From contig OZ242019.1 of assembly GCA_965204885.1 (NCBI GenBank), positions 924,696 to 988,695 on the forward strand: 64,000 nucleotides of DNA, in the 5' to 3' direction. Origin of the DNA: Dehalococcoidia bacterium. GTDB taxonomy: Bacteria; Chloroflexota; Dehalococcoidia; UBA6926. The translations under genes were made by a program, and so were the position numbers. Below the pieces are notes generated by a model. It worked only from the letters and a program-made list of their open reading frames with translations. It had not been told where the DNA came from and ran no database searches. Shown here piece by piece: positions 1-9,661 of the stretch (the stretch's first letter is position 1; each line of letters opens with the position of its first letter).

Positions 1-518
1 GGCGAATCAGGCGTGAACTCTCCGTGCGTGTGACGGTGCCACCGGGCGTGGACACGGGCAACCGGATTCGTCTCGGCGGCGAGGGTGAGGCCGGCGCCAA
101 CGGCGGGCCGCCCGGAGACCTGTATATCGAATTGGACGTGACGCCGAGCGCCGTGTTTGAGCGGGAGGGGCGGCACTTGTTCCACCGCGTGCCCATCAAC
201 ATCGCGCAGGCCGCGCTCGGGGCTGAGATCACCATCCCGACGCTGGAGGGTGATGAACCGTTCCATGTTCCGGCCGGGGTGCAGTCCGGGCAGTCTTTCA
301 GGATCAAAGGCCGCGGCGTGGTCGATCCGAAGAACCAGCGCGCCCGCGGCGACCTGTTTGTCGTTGCGTCCGTCCACGTGCCCGATCAGCTCACGGATGA
401 ACAGCGACAACTACTGGAGCAGTTGGCCGCAACGCTGCCGGCCGCGCCCGAGAACGGGGATGACAGTGAGCGTGAGGGCAGCGGCTTCATGGACTGGATC
501 AAGAACACGTTCCGCTAG
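1..518 (+). CDS. dnaJ: Chaperone DnaJ, C-terminal portion; the 5' end lies outside the window
   Basis: The translation MRVTVPPGVDTGNRIRLGGEGEA...DLYIELDV...GQSFRIKGRGV is the conserved DnaJ C-terminal substrate-binding domain. The reading frame is open to the window edge. Confidence 0.8.
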   Translation, partial: RIRRELSVRVTVPPGVDTGNRIRLGGEGEAGANGGPPGDLYIELDVTPSAVFEREGRHLFHRVPINIAQAALGAEITIPTLEGDEPFHVPAGVQSGQSFRIKGRGVVDPKNQRARGDLFVVASVHVPDQLTDEQRQLLEQLAATLPAAPENGDDSEREGSGFMDWIKNTFR

Positions 519-536
519 TCAGCGGGGGATGGGGAA

Positions 537-1058
537 ATGAACGGCGTACAGGTGTTGACCCGGGAGATGCGCGAGATCCAAACGAGCCTCTTGCGCGAAC
601 TGGAGCCGCTGACGGAGGAGAATATCTACTACGCGCCGATTCCCGGCGCGACGACCATCGCGTTCATCGCCTGGCACATCACCCGCACGCTGGATGACGC
701 CGTACACGTCACCATTCCCGTCGAGCCACAGCCGACAATCTGGGCTTCGCAGGGCTACCACGAGAAGTTCGTCATGCCAACCGGGGAGGGGACGGGCACG
801 GGTTTCACCGCGGACCAGGTTGGCGATTTTCGGCCGAGTCTCGAGCTGCTACGCGACTATGCAGCCGCGGTTGGGCCGAAAATCCCCGCAGTCTTCGAAG
901 GCATGACGGACGACGATCTGGATCGCGTGATGGACGAGGAGCGTCCAGACAGGACGTTAGCGCGCCTGCTCCAGACGTTCATCATCGGGCACACGTTCTA
1001 CCACCTGGGAGAAATCCGGTACCTCAAAGGCCTGCAGGGGATGCCGTTCCCGCTGTAG
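537..1058 (+). CDS. DinB/YfiT-like (DinB_2 superfamily) metal-dependent hydrolase-like protein
   Basis: 173-aa ORF with the HxxxT/HxxxH spacing typical of DinB_2 four-helix-bundle proteins (IAWHITRTLDD...GHTFYHLGEI). RBS-like GGGGATGGGGA lies upstream. Confidence 0.5.
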   Translation: MNGVQVLTREMREIQTSLLRELEPLTEENIYYAPIPGATTIAFIAWHITRTLDDAVHVTIPVEPQPTIWASQGYHEKFVMPTGEGTGTGFTADQVGDFRPSLELLRDYAAAVGPKIPAVFEGMTDDDLDRVMDEERPDRTLARLLQTFIIGHTFYHLGEIRYLKGLQGMPFPL

Positions 1059-1104
1059 GAGGTTCGGCGACGGCGAGGGGCTGTGTAAGCCCCGTTCTAC
1101 TCCG

Positions 1105-2244
1105 CTACCACTGCACGAACATGGGCATGACGACGTGGATGTATTCCGTGCCGTCGTCCGTGGACGCGGGGCGGATGGTGCCCGGGCTGGAGGGGCCCGA
1201 GACCTCAAGCGTTGCCGTGGAGTTCAGCACGCCAAGAACGTCCTCCAGATAGCGGTGGTTGAAGGCGATGTGCGCCTCTTCGCCGCCGATGTTGGCGTCA
1301 ATCACGCCCTCGTGGTCGCCGATCTGGTCTGAACGCGCCTCAAGCCGCATCGTGCCCGCCATCTCGTTCTCACCGGGCGTCATGTAGAGTCGGACGATGC
1401 CGTTGCCCTCGCGAGCGAAGACGGCGGCGGTCTTTGTGGCTCGCAGGAAATCCGCGACTTCCACTGATGTTTGCGTGTTGGATGACTCCGGAATGAGTTG
1501 GCGATAGTTGGGGAAGTTGCCCTGAATGAGCTGCGAGCCGAGCACGATATTGTTCAGGTGGAATTGCACCTGCGTCTTGGCCTGGTTCACGGTGACGCGG
1601 ACGGGCATTTCCTGCTCTGACAGCATTCGATTGAGCTCGCGCAGGGAACGCGCCGGGATGATGAGATCGACGCCTTCGCCGACCTCTTGCGGCAGCTTGG
1701 TCGTTTGGACGGCAAGGCGGAATCCGTCCGCGGCAGCCATCGTGATGCTGTCGCCCTCGATGGACGTGTGGATGCCGGTCAGCACCGGACGGGAGTCCTC
1801 CGTGGCGGCGGCGATGACGACACGGTCAATGCCCGCGCGCAGGACATCCGGCGGCACCTCCGCGCTAATCCCGTCTTCGGCAACGGGCGTGGGCGGAAAG
1901 TCGTCCGCGTCGAGGCCGCTCATGTGCGTGTTGAATCGACCGGAGATGATGTGCAGTTGCCGTGTGGCCGCATCAAGCTCAAGGTCGACACGGTCTCGCT
2001 GGAGTGAGGAGACGTAGTCCGAGAAGAGGCGAGCTGGAATTGCGACTGAGCCCTGCGTCTCCACGCTCGCGCTGATCCAACAGGAGATGGAGAGTTCCAG
2101 GTTGGTGGCGGTTAGCCGTAAACGGGACTCGTCCGCCTGGAGCATGACGTGGGTGGTGATGGGCATCGTCGTGCGTGTTGCCACCGCCGGCATGACCGTC
2201 GCGAGTCCGCGCTGGAGATTCTCCTGGAGAACCGAGAATTTCAT
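1105..2244 (-). CDS. dnaN: DNA polymerase III beta sliding clamp
   Basis: 379-aa protein with N-terminus MKFSVLQENLQRGL. Three-domain clamp architecture with typical LTATNLELSI and RLEARSD motifs. Confidence 0.9.
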   Translation of the reverse strand: MKFSVLQENLQRGLATVMPAVATRTTMPITTHVMLQADESRLRLTATNLELSISCWISASVETQGSVAIPARLFSDYVSSLQRDRVDLELDAATRQLHIISGRFNTHMSGLDADDFPPTPVAEDGISAEVPPDVLRAGIDRVVIAAATEDSRPVLTGIHTSIEGDSITMAAADGFRLAVQTTKLPQEVGEGVDLIIPARSLRELNRMLSEQEMPVRVTVNQAKTQVQFHLNNIVLGSQLIQGNFPNYRQLIPESSNTQTSVEVADFLRATKTAAVFAREGNGIVRLYMTPGENEMAGTMRLEARSDQIGDHEGVIDANIGGEEAHIAFNHRYLEDVLGVLNSTATLEVSGPSSPGTIRPASTDDGTEYIHVVMPMFVQW

Positions 2245-2504
2245 TTGCTGTGTCTCCTGAACGGGGCCGACGGCCCCCCGTACCCCCTATGTTGTGCGAG
2301 TATGTCGCTTTCGGCGGACTTGGGTCAAGTCACAGCAGTCTATGTAGTGCAATTCACCATTGAATCATCACATGTTGTGGCAACCGTTTAGAGCCGGGCA
2401 CAACATATGGGCACATGGCAGTGCGGGGATGGCGCGAGCGGGGCGCGGACACGGTATGATGCAACGGAAATACAAGCGGGATGACCGTATACGGGGGGAT
2501 GGGA

Positions 2505-3401
2505 ATGAAGCTGGTGATGTACAACGATTTCCGACCGGGCCTGCTGGTTGACGGGAACGTCATCGGGCTGGGCGGATTGGTGGATGAATACATGGGGTCT
2601 CATGTCGAGGACGTGATGATCAACCTCATTGAGGATTTCGCGTCCGTGCGCGATGACCTTGAGGACATCGCAGATTCCGGCGGTGGGGTGCCCGTTTCGA
2701 GCGTGCAGCTTCGCGCGCCATTGCCGCGACCGCGCAAGCTTATCTGCTGCTTCGGCAACTACAAGGAGGGGCAGGATCGGGAAGCCTTCCCGATTGACAT
2801 GTTCCTGAAGTCGCCGGAGGCGATCATCGGCCCGGGCGACACCGTCGTGCTGCCCAACACGCCATTCACCATCTGCCACCACGAGGCGGAGCTGGCCCTG
2901 GTCATCGGCAAGCGGAGCAAGCACGTCTCGCAAGAAGAGGCGATGGACTCCATCTTTGGCTACACGGCGTTCATGGACGTCTCACCGCGCGCCGGCATCG
3001 GCCGCGGGCCCACGATGATCCAGAAGTCCTACGACACGTGCGCGCCGATGGGCCCGTGCATCGTCACCGCGGACGAGATCGAGAATCCGCACGAGCTCGA
3101 CATCAAATACTGGGTGGACGGTCAGACGCGCCACGACTACAACACGAGCGACCTGGAGCACACCATTCCTGAACTCATCGAGTGGGCGACCAAGGTTATG
3201 ACGCTGCTGCCCGGCGACGTTATCGCCCTCGGCACGAACCACCAGGGCATCGGCCCGCTGCAGGACGGCGAGACCGGCACGATAGACATCCAGGGAATCG
3301 GTGCGTTCAGCGTCAAGGTCATGGATCCGGAGAAGCGCTCGTGGCCGAAGGAGATCGACCAGGAGATGGCGGGCCGCGTGCGCGAGGCGCGACCTGGCTA
3401 A
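2505..3401 (+). CDS. Fumarylacetoacetate hydrolase (FAH) family protein
   Basis: FAH-fold signatures (MKLVMYND...GNYKEGQDREAFPIDMFLKSPEAIIGPGDTVVLP...ELALVIGK) are present. Start chosen at ATG 2505, which follows a G-rich RBS; ATG 2499 is an alternative. Confidence 0.75.
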   Translation: MKLVMYNDFRPGLLVDGNVIGLGGLVDEYMGSHVEDVMINLIEDFASVRDDLEDIADSGGGVPVSSVQLRAPLPRPRKLICCFGNYKEGQDREAFPIDMFLKSPEAIIGPGDTVVLPNTPFTICHHEAELALVIGKRSKHVSQEEAMDSIFGYTAFMDVSPRAGIGRGPTMIQKSYDTCAPMGPCIVTADEIENPHELDIKYWVDGQTRHDYNTSDLEHTIPELIEWATKVMTLLPGDVIALGTNHQGIGPLQDGETGTIDIQGIGAFSVKVMDPEKRSWPKEIDQEMAGRVREARPG

Positions 3402-3464
3402 GGAAACGTTCAGGCGTGGCACGCTCTCGACGAGAGCGTGCCACGCCGTTGACGATCGTCCACT

Positions 3465-4556
3465 GTGAGTTCTACAGAGGCGCTGGCCCAAACGACACGT
3501 ATCCCGGAAGAGACCCTGCGGGAGTTTGCCGTGGCGGCATTCGTTGCGTTGGGTGTGTCGGATGATGACGCCGTCAACGCTGCAAATACGCTCATCGAGG
3601 CGGACCTGCGCGGCATCGGCTCACACGGCATGGCGCGGCTGGACCGGTTCTATCTCACGCCACTGGAAGCCGGGTTGGTGAATGCCCGTCCGGACTGGAT
3701 TGTGAAGGCCGAATCACCGTCAACGGCCACCATCGACGCGGACGGCGGGTTGGGGTTGAGCGTGGGTGTCCGTGCCATGAACCTCGCTATTGAGAAGGCG
3801 CAAGCGGTCGGCTCCGGATGGGTAACAGTGGCGAACAGCCGCCACTTTGGGGCGGCGGGCGTGTACGCGACACAGGCGCTTGCACATGACATGATCGGCA
3901 TCAGCATGACGAACACAGGGCCGATCGTACTGCCGGCAGGCGGGGCGGAGCCGCGGTTGGGCTCCAATCCCATCGCTATGGCTGCGCCAACGGCGGACGG
4001 TCCGCCGTTCATCTTTGACGCCGCGACGTCGGTCGTTTCAGCGGGAAAGTTCGACACGTATCACCGGCAGGGCAAGCTCGCTCCCGAGGGATGGGGACTG
4101 ACGGATGATCTGCAGCCGATACGCAACCCGGCGCGGGGACCGGGCGGGCGGCGCATCCTGCCGCTCGGCAGCGACCTCGAGCATTCGTCGCACAAGGGTT
4201 ACGGGCTGGCGATGATTGTTGACATCCTCTGCGGCGTGCTCTCCGGCATGGGGCCGGGGCTGGCCATTGCGGGGTCCGGCGTCGCGGGCGGGTATCAGTC
4301 CGCGCATTTCTTCGGCGCGATGCGGATCGACGCGTTTGCGGACGCTGACGACTTCAAGCAGTCCATGTCCGACTATATGACCGCCCTGCGGGCAACACCG
4401 CCGCTGCCGGACGTGGAGAGGGTGCTTGTGCCCGGGGACATCGAGGCCGAGACGATTGATGATCGCAAGCGAAATGGAATACCGTTGTACGCGGATTCCG
4501 TGGAGAGTCTGAGGGACGTGGCGCAGAGGCTGAATCTGCGCCTGGATTTGGGGTAG
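3465..4556 (+). CDS. Ldh2-family malate/L-lactate/ureidoglycolate dehydrogenase (Mdh/Ldh_2 fold)
   Basis: Carries the EADLRGIGSHGMARL and HFGAAGVYA motifs characteristic of the type-2 malate/L-lactate dehydrogenase family. Confidence 0.75.
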   Translation: MSSTEALAQTTRIPEETLREFAVAAFVALGVSDDDAVNAANTLIEADLRGIGSHGMARLDRFYLTPLEAGLVNARPDWIVKAESPSTATIDADGGLGLSVGVRAMNLAIEKAQAVGSGWVTVANSRHFGAAGVYATQALAHDMIGISMTNTGPIVLPAGGAEPRLGSNPIAMAAPTADGPPFIFDAATSVVSAGKFDTYHRQGKLAPEGWGLTDDLQPIRNPARGPGGRRILPLGSDLEHSSHKGYGLAMIVDILCGVLSGMGPGLAIAGSGVAGGYQSAHFFGAMRIDAFADADDFKQSMSDYMTALRATPPLPDVERVLVPGDIEAETIDDRKRNGIPLYADSVESLRDVAQRLNLRLDLG

Positions 4557-4603
4557 GACGCCGGGTTCCGAACAAGGGCACGGTACAAAGGGAGGATTGA
4601 AAC

Positions 4604-5425
4604 ATGCCGCACATCAAGGCCAACGGAGTGGAGCTGTTCTACGAGTTGTTCGGGGACTCGTCCAAGCCAACGTTTGTAATGACGCACGGTCTGGGCGGCC
4701 ACGGGCGGGGCTATGAGAACCAGATAGAAGCGCTTTCCGCAGAGTTCCAGCTCATGCTGTGGGACATGCGTGGTTTCGGTCAGTCGGAGCGCGTGCCGGT
4801 GACGGAGGGGGCGTATTCTCGCTGGACACTATCGAAGGACCTCTCGGAGCTGCTTAAGGCGATTGGGATCAACCAGGCTCATATTCACGGGCATTCGCTT
4901 GGCGGGCTGGTTTCACAACAGTTCGCCATCGATTATCCGGAGCAGACGCTGTCGCTCGTCATCCAGGACACGTCCGCGGAGATCAAGCAGGAGTACCTGT
5001 CCGGATGGGACGGGATGCTCAAGACCGTGCGGGAGCAGGGCATCGGTGCGCTTCCATTCGATCCCCAGCGGAGTTGGGGCGACCCGTACATAGAGTCCAA
5101 CCTGGAAGACATCAGGGCGTTCACCAACGCTACGGCGGAGCGCAATGTTCCCGAAGTGTACGCCGAGGGCGTCCGCATCTCCGGCCCTGAACTCGGGGCG
5201 CACCCGGTCGCGCCGGACCTTCCGGGTATCAAATGTCCGGTGCTCGTCATCTGCGGCGAACAGGACCGGCTGACGCCGCCGGGAGGATCAGTACGGATTC
5301 ATCGCGCGATTCCACAGTCGAAACTGGTGATCCTGCCGGGAGCGGGGCACTTCCCGAACATAGAGACGACGGATGCGTACAACGACGCGTTGCTGGAGTT
5401 CCTGCGAGAGGTGACGGCAGGCTAG
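4604..5425 (+). CDS. Alpha/beta-fold hydrolase
   Basis: Nucleophile elbow GHSLGG and HG oxyanion motif (VMTHGLGGHG) are present. Length is 273 aa. Confidence 0.75.
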   Translation: MPHIKANGVELFYELFGDSSKPTFVMTHGLGGHGRGYENQIEALSAEFQLMLWDMRGFGQSERVPVTEGAYSRWTLSKDLSELLKAIGINQAHIHGHSLGGLVSQQFAIDYPEQTLSLVIQDTSAEIKQEYLSGWDGMLKTVREQGIGALPFDPQRSWGDPYIESNLEDIRAFTNATAERNVPEVYAEGVRISGPELGAHPVAPDLPGIKCPVLVICGEQDRLTPPGGSVRIHRAIPQSKLVILPGAGHFPNIETTDAYNDALLEFLREVTAG

Positions 5426-5647
5426 CTGGCGCACGCCCTTCACTTCAAATTGTTTCGTCGCTATTCCTGAAATGCGTTCTTGATACTTACTGTCAATTGA
5501 GCGGTCAGACAAGCGAAATAGGGGTTTAGCCTGTTCGTACAGGGTATACTTAGCACGTTCCGACAACAGATTGCCGGCCGTCCCCGCGCGGAGTGGCATT
5601 TGCTGGGGTTTGGGATAGCAGAATTCAGAGACGGGGAGACCGGACGT

Positions 5648-5935
5648 ATGAGGATTTATGTCGGAAACCTGAGTTTTCAGGCGACAGACGCAGATTTGCA
5701 GGAGCTCTTTCAGCAGCACGGCGAGGTCACATCAGCGCAAGTCATCATTGACCGCTACTCTATGCGCTCGCGTGGGTTCGGATTCGTGGAAATGCCGAAT
5801 GGCTCGGAGGCAGAGGCCGCCATCGCGGCGCTCAATGGCAACGAGCACCAGGGCCGCCAATTGACGGTGAACGAGGCGCGTGACCGTCGCGAAGGCGGGG
5901 GTGGTGGCGGAGGCGGCGGACGCCCACGCTACTAG
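5648..5935 (+). CDS. RRM-type RNA-binding protein with a glycine-rich C-terminal tail
   Basis: RNP2 (RIYVGNL) and RNP1 (RGFGFVEM) motifs, followed by a GGGGGGGGGRPRY tail. Start set at ATG 5648, preceded by GGAGACCGGA. Confidence 0.85.
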   Translation: MRIYVGNLSFQATDADLQELFQQHGEVTSAQVIIDRYSMRSRGFGFVEMPNGSEAEAAIAALNGNEHQGRQLTVNEARDRREGGGGGGGGGRPRY

Positions 5936-5974
5936 CGCCCTTCGGCCAGTCCTGATCCCTTTACTCCAATGACC

Positions 5975-5992
5975 CTCTCCCTGAAGGGAGAG
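5975..5992. terminator. Short palindromic hairpin (CTCTCCCT-ga-AGGGAGAG) between the convergent RRM and phosphoesterase genes
   Basis: 8-bp perfect inverted repeat in the 128-bp convergent intergenic region. Confidence 0.3.
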
Positions 5993-6063
5993 TGCGTATT
6001 GGGATCCCTTACTCCGTCTCTTTGGCTATCTGAAAGAGGGTCCGCGAGTATGGTCGTTCGTCG

Positions 6064-6636
6064 TTACCGGGTTCTTCCCCGCGAGTAGCGGTTGCGGCCG
6101 TCCGTGCCGTCGATGGAATACTCGGTCAGATCAATGATGCGGGCTTCGGGTTCTTTACCCTCTTCGATGTCCAGCATGACGACGTGGCCGAGTCGGGCTT
6201 CACGGTTGTGGGGGTAGGTGGCGCTGCCGCCGTTGATGATCAACATTCCGTCTTCTTTGCGGATGAACTCGAAATGGCTGTCGCCACAGACGACGATGTC
6301 GGGCAGTTCTCCAAGGTAGACCTTGACGAGGTCCCGGGCGCTGCGCGAGCCCCAGCCATCAATGATGTGAACAAGGCCTATTCGATAGCCCTCGATATCA
6401 AAGAACCATTTGGGCCGGATTCGTTCATCCACCTCGCTCAAGCCGTAATCGTGGTTGCCTTCGGCCGCATACGTTGGCGCGATGCGCTCCAGCCAGTCCA
6501 CGACGCCCGTGGTGATGAGGTCGCCGCCGTGGAGAATCAGGTCCACATCCTTGAAAACGATTTCAACTTCCGGCCAGAGCTCCGGAATCGAACTCGGGAT
6601 GTGGGTATCAGAGATGATGCCGATGCGTGTTGCCAT
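6064..6636 (-). CDS. Metallophosphoesterase (YfcE/MJ0936-like)
   Basis: Calcineurin-like phosphoesterase motifs are present: ISDTH, GGDL, GNHD and GDSH. Confidence 0.8.
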   Translation of the reverse strand: MATRIGIISDTHIPSSIPELWPEVEIVFKDVDLILHGGDLITTGVVDWLERIAPTYAAEGNHDYGLSEVDERIRPKWFFDIEGYRIGLVHIIDGWGSRSARDLVKVYLGELPDIVVCGDSHFEFIRKEDGMLIINGGSATYPHNREARLGHVVMLDIEEGKEPEARIIDLTEYSIDGTDGRNRYSRGRTR

Positions 6637-6648
6637 AGACGAGGTAGG

Positions 6649-7782
6649 TTATTTCCCGGGATTATCGTGTCGTGTCGAGAGGCGAATCTGGGCCTTGATA
6701 CTGTCCAGCGCCATCGTGGGCGTGGGATCAATGCCGTTCACCAGCGCCAGGTAGTAGCTGACGTAATCGCCCAGCAGAACCGCCTCCAACAGGCGGGACA
6801 GGGGCGTGACTCCTGCCAGCGACGGCCAGTGAACCGATACACCGAGGTCGCTCAGGATCCGTCGGGAGATTGCGTAGCGGTCATGGAGACTGCGCGATTG
6901 AGTGGAGGGGGGGCCGAGCAGGACGACGGCGAGGTTGTCACTGAGATTGGGCTGTTCAAAGCCGACGATGGCATTGTGATGCATCTCCGGCAGTTCTTCC
7001 GTCCATGCGGGTGTCTTGGCGTTCTCGTTCAACTGTGTTTTCCAGCGGCGCGCCGCGGAAGCAAGGCCTCGCGCGCTGACGATGACGGGGATGCGTCCGG
7101 AAAGCGCTCGTGCCAGGTCCTTGGCGGGATTCACTCGCCCGGCCTCAGTTCGATTACACGTTGGGCCAAAGTCCGCCTGCCGTGATTCGAGTTCGGTGAC
7201 GGCGTCAACCAGGGCGCTCTCCGTGCCGGGCGGGGTGATGCCAAGGTCGACAAAGATCCTCAGCATCGCGCCGAGCGCATAGGGAAGATAGGTACGCGGA
7301 GGGCCGCCGTTCTCCGGCATCATGGCAATCGGGATGCCGTTGTCACGAGCGGCCTCTCCAAGCGGCCCGCCACCGGTCATCACGATCAGATGCGCGCCGC
7401 GTTCACGCGAGGCCTCCACCCCGGACAGCGCCTCTTCGGTACGGCCTGAGTGGCTCATTACAATCACGAGGCTCCCAGGTCCGGCGGCGGGGTGAGCACC
7501 ATAGTCCCGAAAGACATCAATCTGTGGCTGGGGCGCTCCTGGTTCGCGAAGGGCTTCCACGGCCTCGGCGGCGATGTCTCCCGCGATGGCGGAGCCGCCC
7601 ATGCCCTGAACGACGACATGGTGAACGTCCTTGTATTCGTCTGGCAGCGCGAGGGCTGCAGCGTCGTTCCACCCTTGCATGACGCGTTGGGGGAATGCCG
7701 CTATGTGCTCCCCCATCCCGGAGGGATCGCCCCTGGTGTCAGCAGATAAGTCGTCCAGGTCGATTGAGGCTGCCTGTATCAA
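6649..7782 (-). CDS. Bifunctional phosphoglucose/phosphomannose isomerase (SIS domain)
   Basis: SIS-domain motifs VVVQGMGGSAIAGD and IVMSHSGRTEE. The ~377-aa length is typical of archaeal-type PGI/PMI. Confidence 0.7.
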   Translation of the reverse strand: MIQAASIDLDDLSADTRGDPSGMGEHIAAFPQRVMQGWNDAAALALPDEYKDVHHVVVQGMGGSAIAGDIAAEAVEALREPGAPQPQIDVFRDYGAHPAAGPGSLVIVMSHSGRTEEALSGVEASRERGAHLIVMTGGGPLGEAARDNGIPIAMMPENGGPPRTYLPYALGAMLRIFVDLGITPPGTESALVDAVTELESRQADFGPTCNRTEAGRVNPAKDLARALSGRIPVIVSARGLASAARRWKTQLNENAKTPAWTEELPEMHHNAIVGFEQPNLSDNLAVVLLGPPSTQSRSLHDRYAISRRILSDLGVSVHWPSLAGVTPLSRLLEAVLLGDYVSYYLALVNGIDPTPTMALDSIKAQIRLSTRHDNPGK

Positions 7783-7900
7783 AGTGGATTCTTTTCGTGT
7801 TTCGTGCTCGTGCGCCGGGGCGGGGCTGCGTGAGAAGCCGCGCGTATGTGACTGCCTCTAATACTACAGGATGCCGGCGGGCGGCGCGTGTATCTGCTGG

Positions 7901-8932
7901 CTACAGGGTTTCGCCGGGGTATTCGGTGGTGGCAGGACGTCCCATCAGGGACTCAATCGCCTCGCGTGGGTTCAGCCCCTCATGGAGGACGCGGTGAGTC
8001 TCCAGCGTGATGGGGGTTTCTACGTTGAGGCGTTCGGCGAGGCGGATTGCGGCAGGCGTCGTGTTGTAGCCTTCGCAGACCTCGTTCAGTTCTTCAATGA
8101 TTTGCCCGATGTTTCGTCCCCGCCCCAGTTCTTCACCCACGCGCCGGTTGCGAGAGAGGCGGCTGTAGCACGTAGCCACAAGGTCGCCGACACCGGCAAG
8201 TCCGCTGAAGGTCAGGGGCTGAGCGCCCGCAGCGATGCCGAGCCGCGTGATCTCCGCGATGGCGCGCGCAATGAATGCGGCTTTGGCATTGTCTCCGAAT
8301 CCCATGCCGTCAATCATTCCCGCGCCGATAGCCACGATGTTCTTCAGAGTGCCACCAAGCTCGACACCGGCAACGTCTGTGCTTGCGTAGACGCGAAAAA
8401 CCGTTGATGTCAGCGCGGCCTGCGCACGCTCGGCCATTTCTGCTGTGTCAGACGCGACCACGGCGGATGACGGGAGCCCTTCCGCCACCTCATGGGAGAG
8501 GTTGGGGCCGGATATGACGCAGTATTGGCGGAGAGCATCTTGACCCATCTCTTCTGCAAAGACCTCGCTCATGCGCAGTCCGTTAGCACGATCGAGGCCC
8601 TTGGTGGCGCTGACGATTGCCGCATCAGGTGAGGGGTTGCCTTCCTTTAGGCGTTGCAGATTCTGGCGGAAAGTGGGGGACGGCACACAGACGATGATCA
8701 CGTCTGCATCTGAAACGGCCTGAGACATATATGGGGTGACGCGCAGGTTGTCGGGAAAGGGAAAGCCGGGGAGACGGTCAACGTTCTCGCCGGCTTCATT
8801 CATGCGGCGTGCGGTCTCTTCAGTGCGGGACCACAGGAGGGTATCTGCGCCCTCACGCGCAAGCAGGAGGGCCAGGGTGGTGCCCCAACTGGTGGTGCCA
8901 ATGACTGCCGCCTTGCGTGCCTGCCTGCTCAC
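7901..8932 (-). CDS. gpsA: NAD(P)H-dependent glycerol-3-phosphate dehydrogenase
   Basis: N-terminal Rossmann motif AVIGTTSWGTTLA and conserved GpsA core (GLKNIVAIGAG, ATCYSRLSRNRRVG). Confidence 0.9.
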   Translation of the reverse strand: MSRQARKAAVIGTTSWGTTLALLLAREGADTLLWSRTEETARRMNEAGENVDRLPGFPFPDNLRVTPYMSQAVSDADVIIVCVPSPTFRQNLQRLKEGNPSPDAAIVSATKGLDRANGLRMSEVFAEEMGQDALRQYCVISGPNLSHEVAEGLPSSAVVASDTAEMAERAQAALTSTVFRVYASTDVAGVELGGTLKNIVAIGAGMIDGMGFGDNAKAAFIARAIAEITRLGIAAGAQPLTFSGLAGVGDLVATCYSRLSRNRRVGEELGRGRNIGQIIEELNEVCEGYNTTPAAIRLAERLNVETPITLETHRVLHEGLNPREAIESLMGRPATTEYPGETL

Positions 8933-8992
8933 AGACCCCCTCCTCGCTCACCGTGGTAATTGTCCCATATGAGAGGGGGCAGGCTCTATTGA

Positions 8993-9661
8993 CTAGGCAG
9001 TCGGCTCAGCCGGTTGGCCGAATCGTCGTTCGGTGCCACGGATCAGGCGCTGGATGTTGTCCCGGTGTGCGTAGACGACAATCGCCCCGCCAACAACGGC
9101 CAGCGGTCCGATGATGAAGGGGACGGCGTCCAATAGCGGTGGAGCCAAGCCCAGAACGGCGAACGCCACCATGATGCCCACACAGGTCACGGTGCCGAGC
9201 AGGGAGCCGAGCGAGACGTATCGCGTGAGGGCGATGATCAGGATACCGACGATCGTGCCAATGATTGCGGCAGGCCAGACAAGGGCAAGGGCGGCGCCGC
9301 CCGCCGGTATAACGCCCCGGCCGCCGCCGAAACCGATGAAGACCGAACGGCTGTGACCCACAACCACGGCCACTGCGCCCGCAACCTCGCCGGGCGTGTC
9401 AGCGATAACGCCGCTGGCGATGACAGCCACGGAACCCTTGAAGAGGTCAAGCAGGACGACGGGGATGGCGGCTTTCCACCCGAGCGTGCGAAGGACATTG
9501 GTTGCGCCCGTACGGCCACTGCCGGAGTCTCGAACGTCAACATTTCCAAAGACTTTACCTACAAGCAGGCCGATGGGCACCGCGCCGAGCAGATAGCTGC
9601 CAAGCCCAGCGACGACAGTGAGCGCGATACCTGTGAGAGTGATGTCATCAAGGAAATCCAT
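8993..9661 (-). CDS. plsY: Glycerol-3-phosphate acyltransferase PlsY
   Basis: PlsY signature GSGRTGATNVLR plus a multi-TM profile. Adjacent to gpsA, as is commonly conserved. Confidence 0.9.
   Translation of the reverse strand: MDFLDDITLTGIALTVVAGLGSYLLGAVPIGLLVGKVFGNVDVRDSGSGRTGATNVLRTLGWKAAIPVVLLDLFKGSVAVIASGVIADTPGEVAGAVAVVVGHSRSVFIGFGGGRGVIPAGGAALALVWPAAIIGTIVGILIIALTRYVSLGSLLGTVTCVGIMVAFAVLGLAPPLLDAVPFIIGPLAVVGGAIVVYAHRDNIQRLIRGTERRFGQPAEPTA

Noticed and set aside
6184-7185. 333-aa + strand ORF
   Set aside because: It lies antisense to the well-supported phosphoglucose isomerase and phosphoesterase genes. Its composition is Arg/Ala-rich, typical of spurious ORFs on the opposite strand of high-GC coding DNA.
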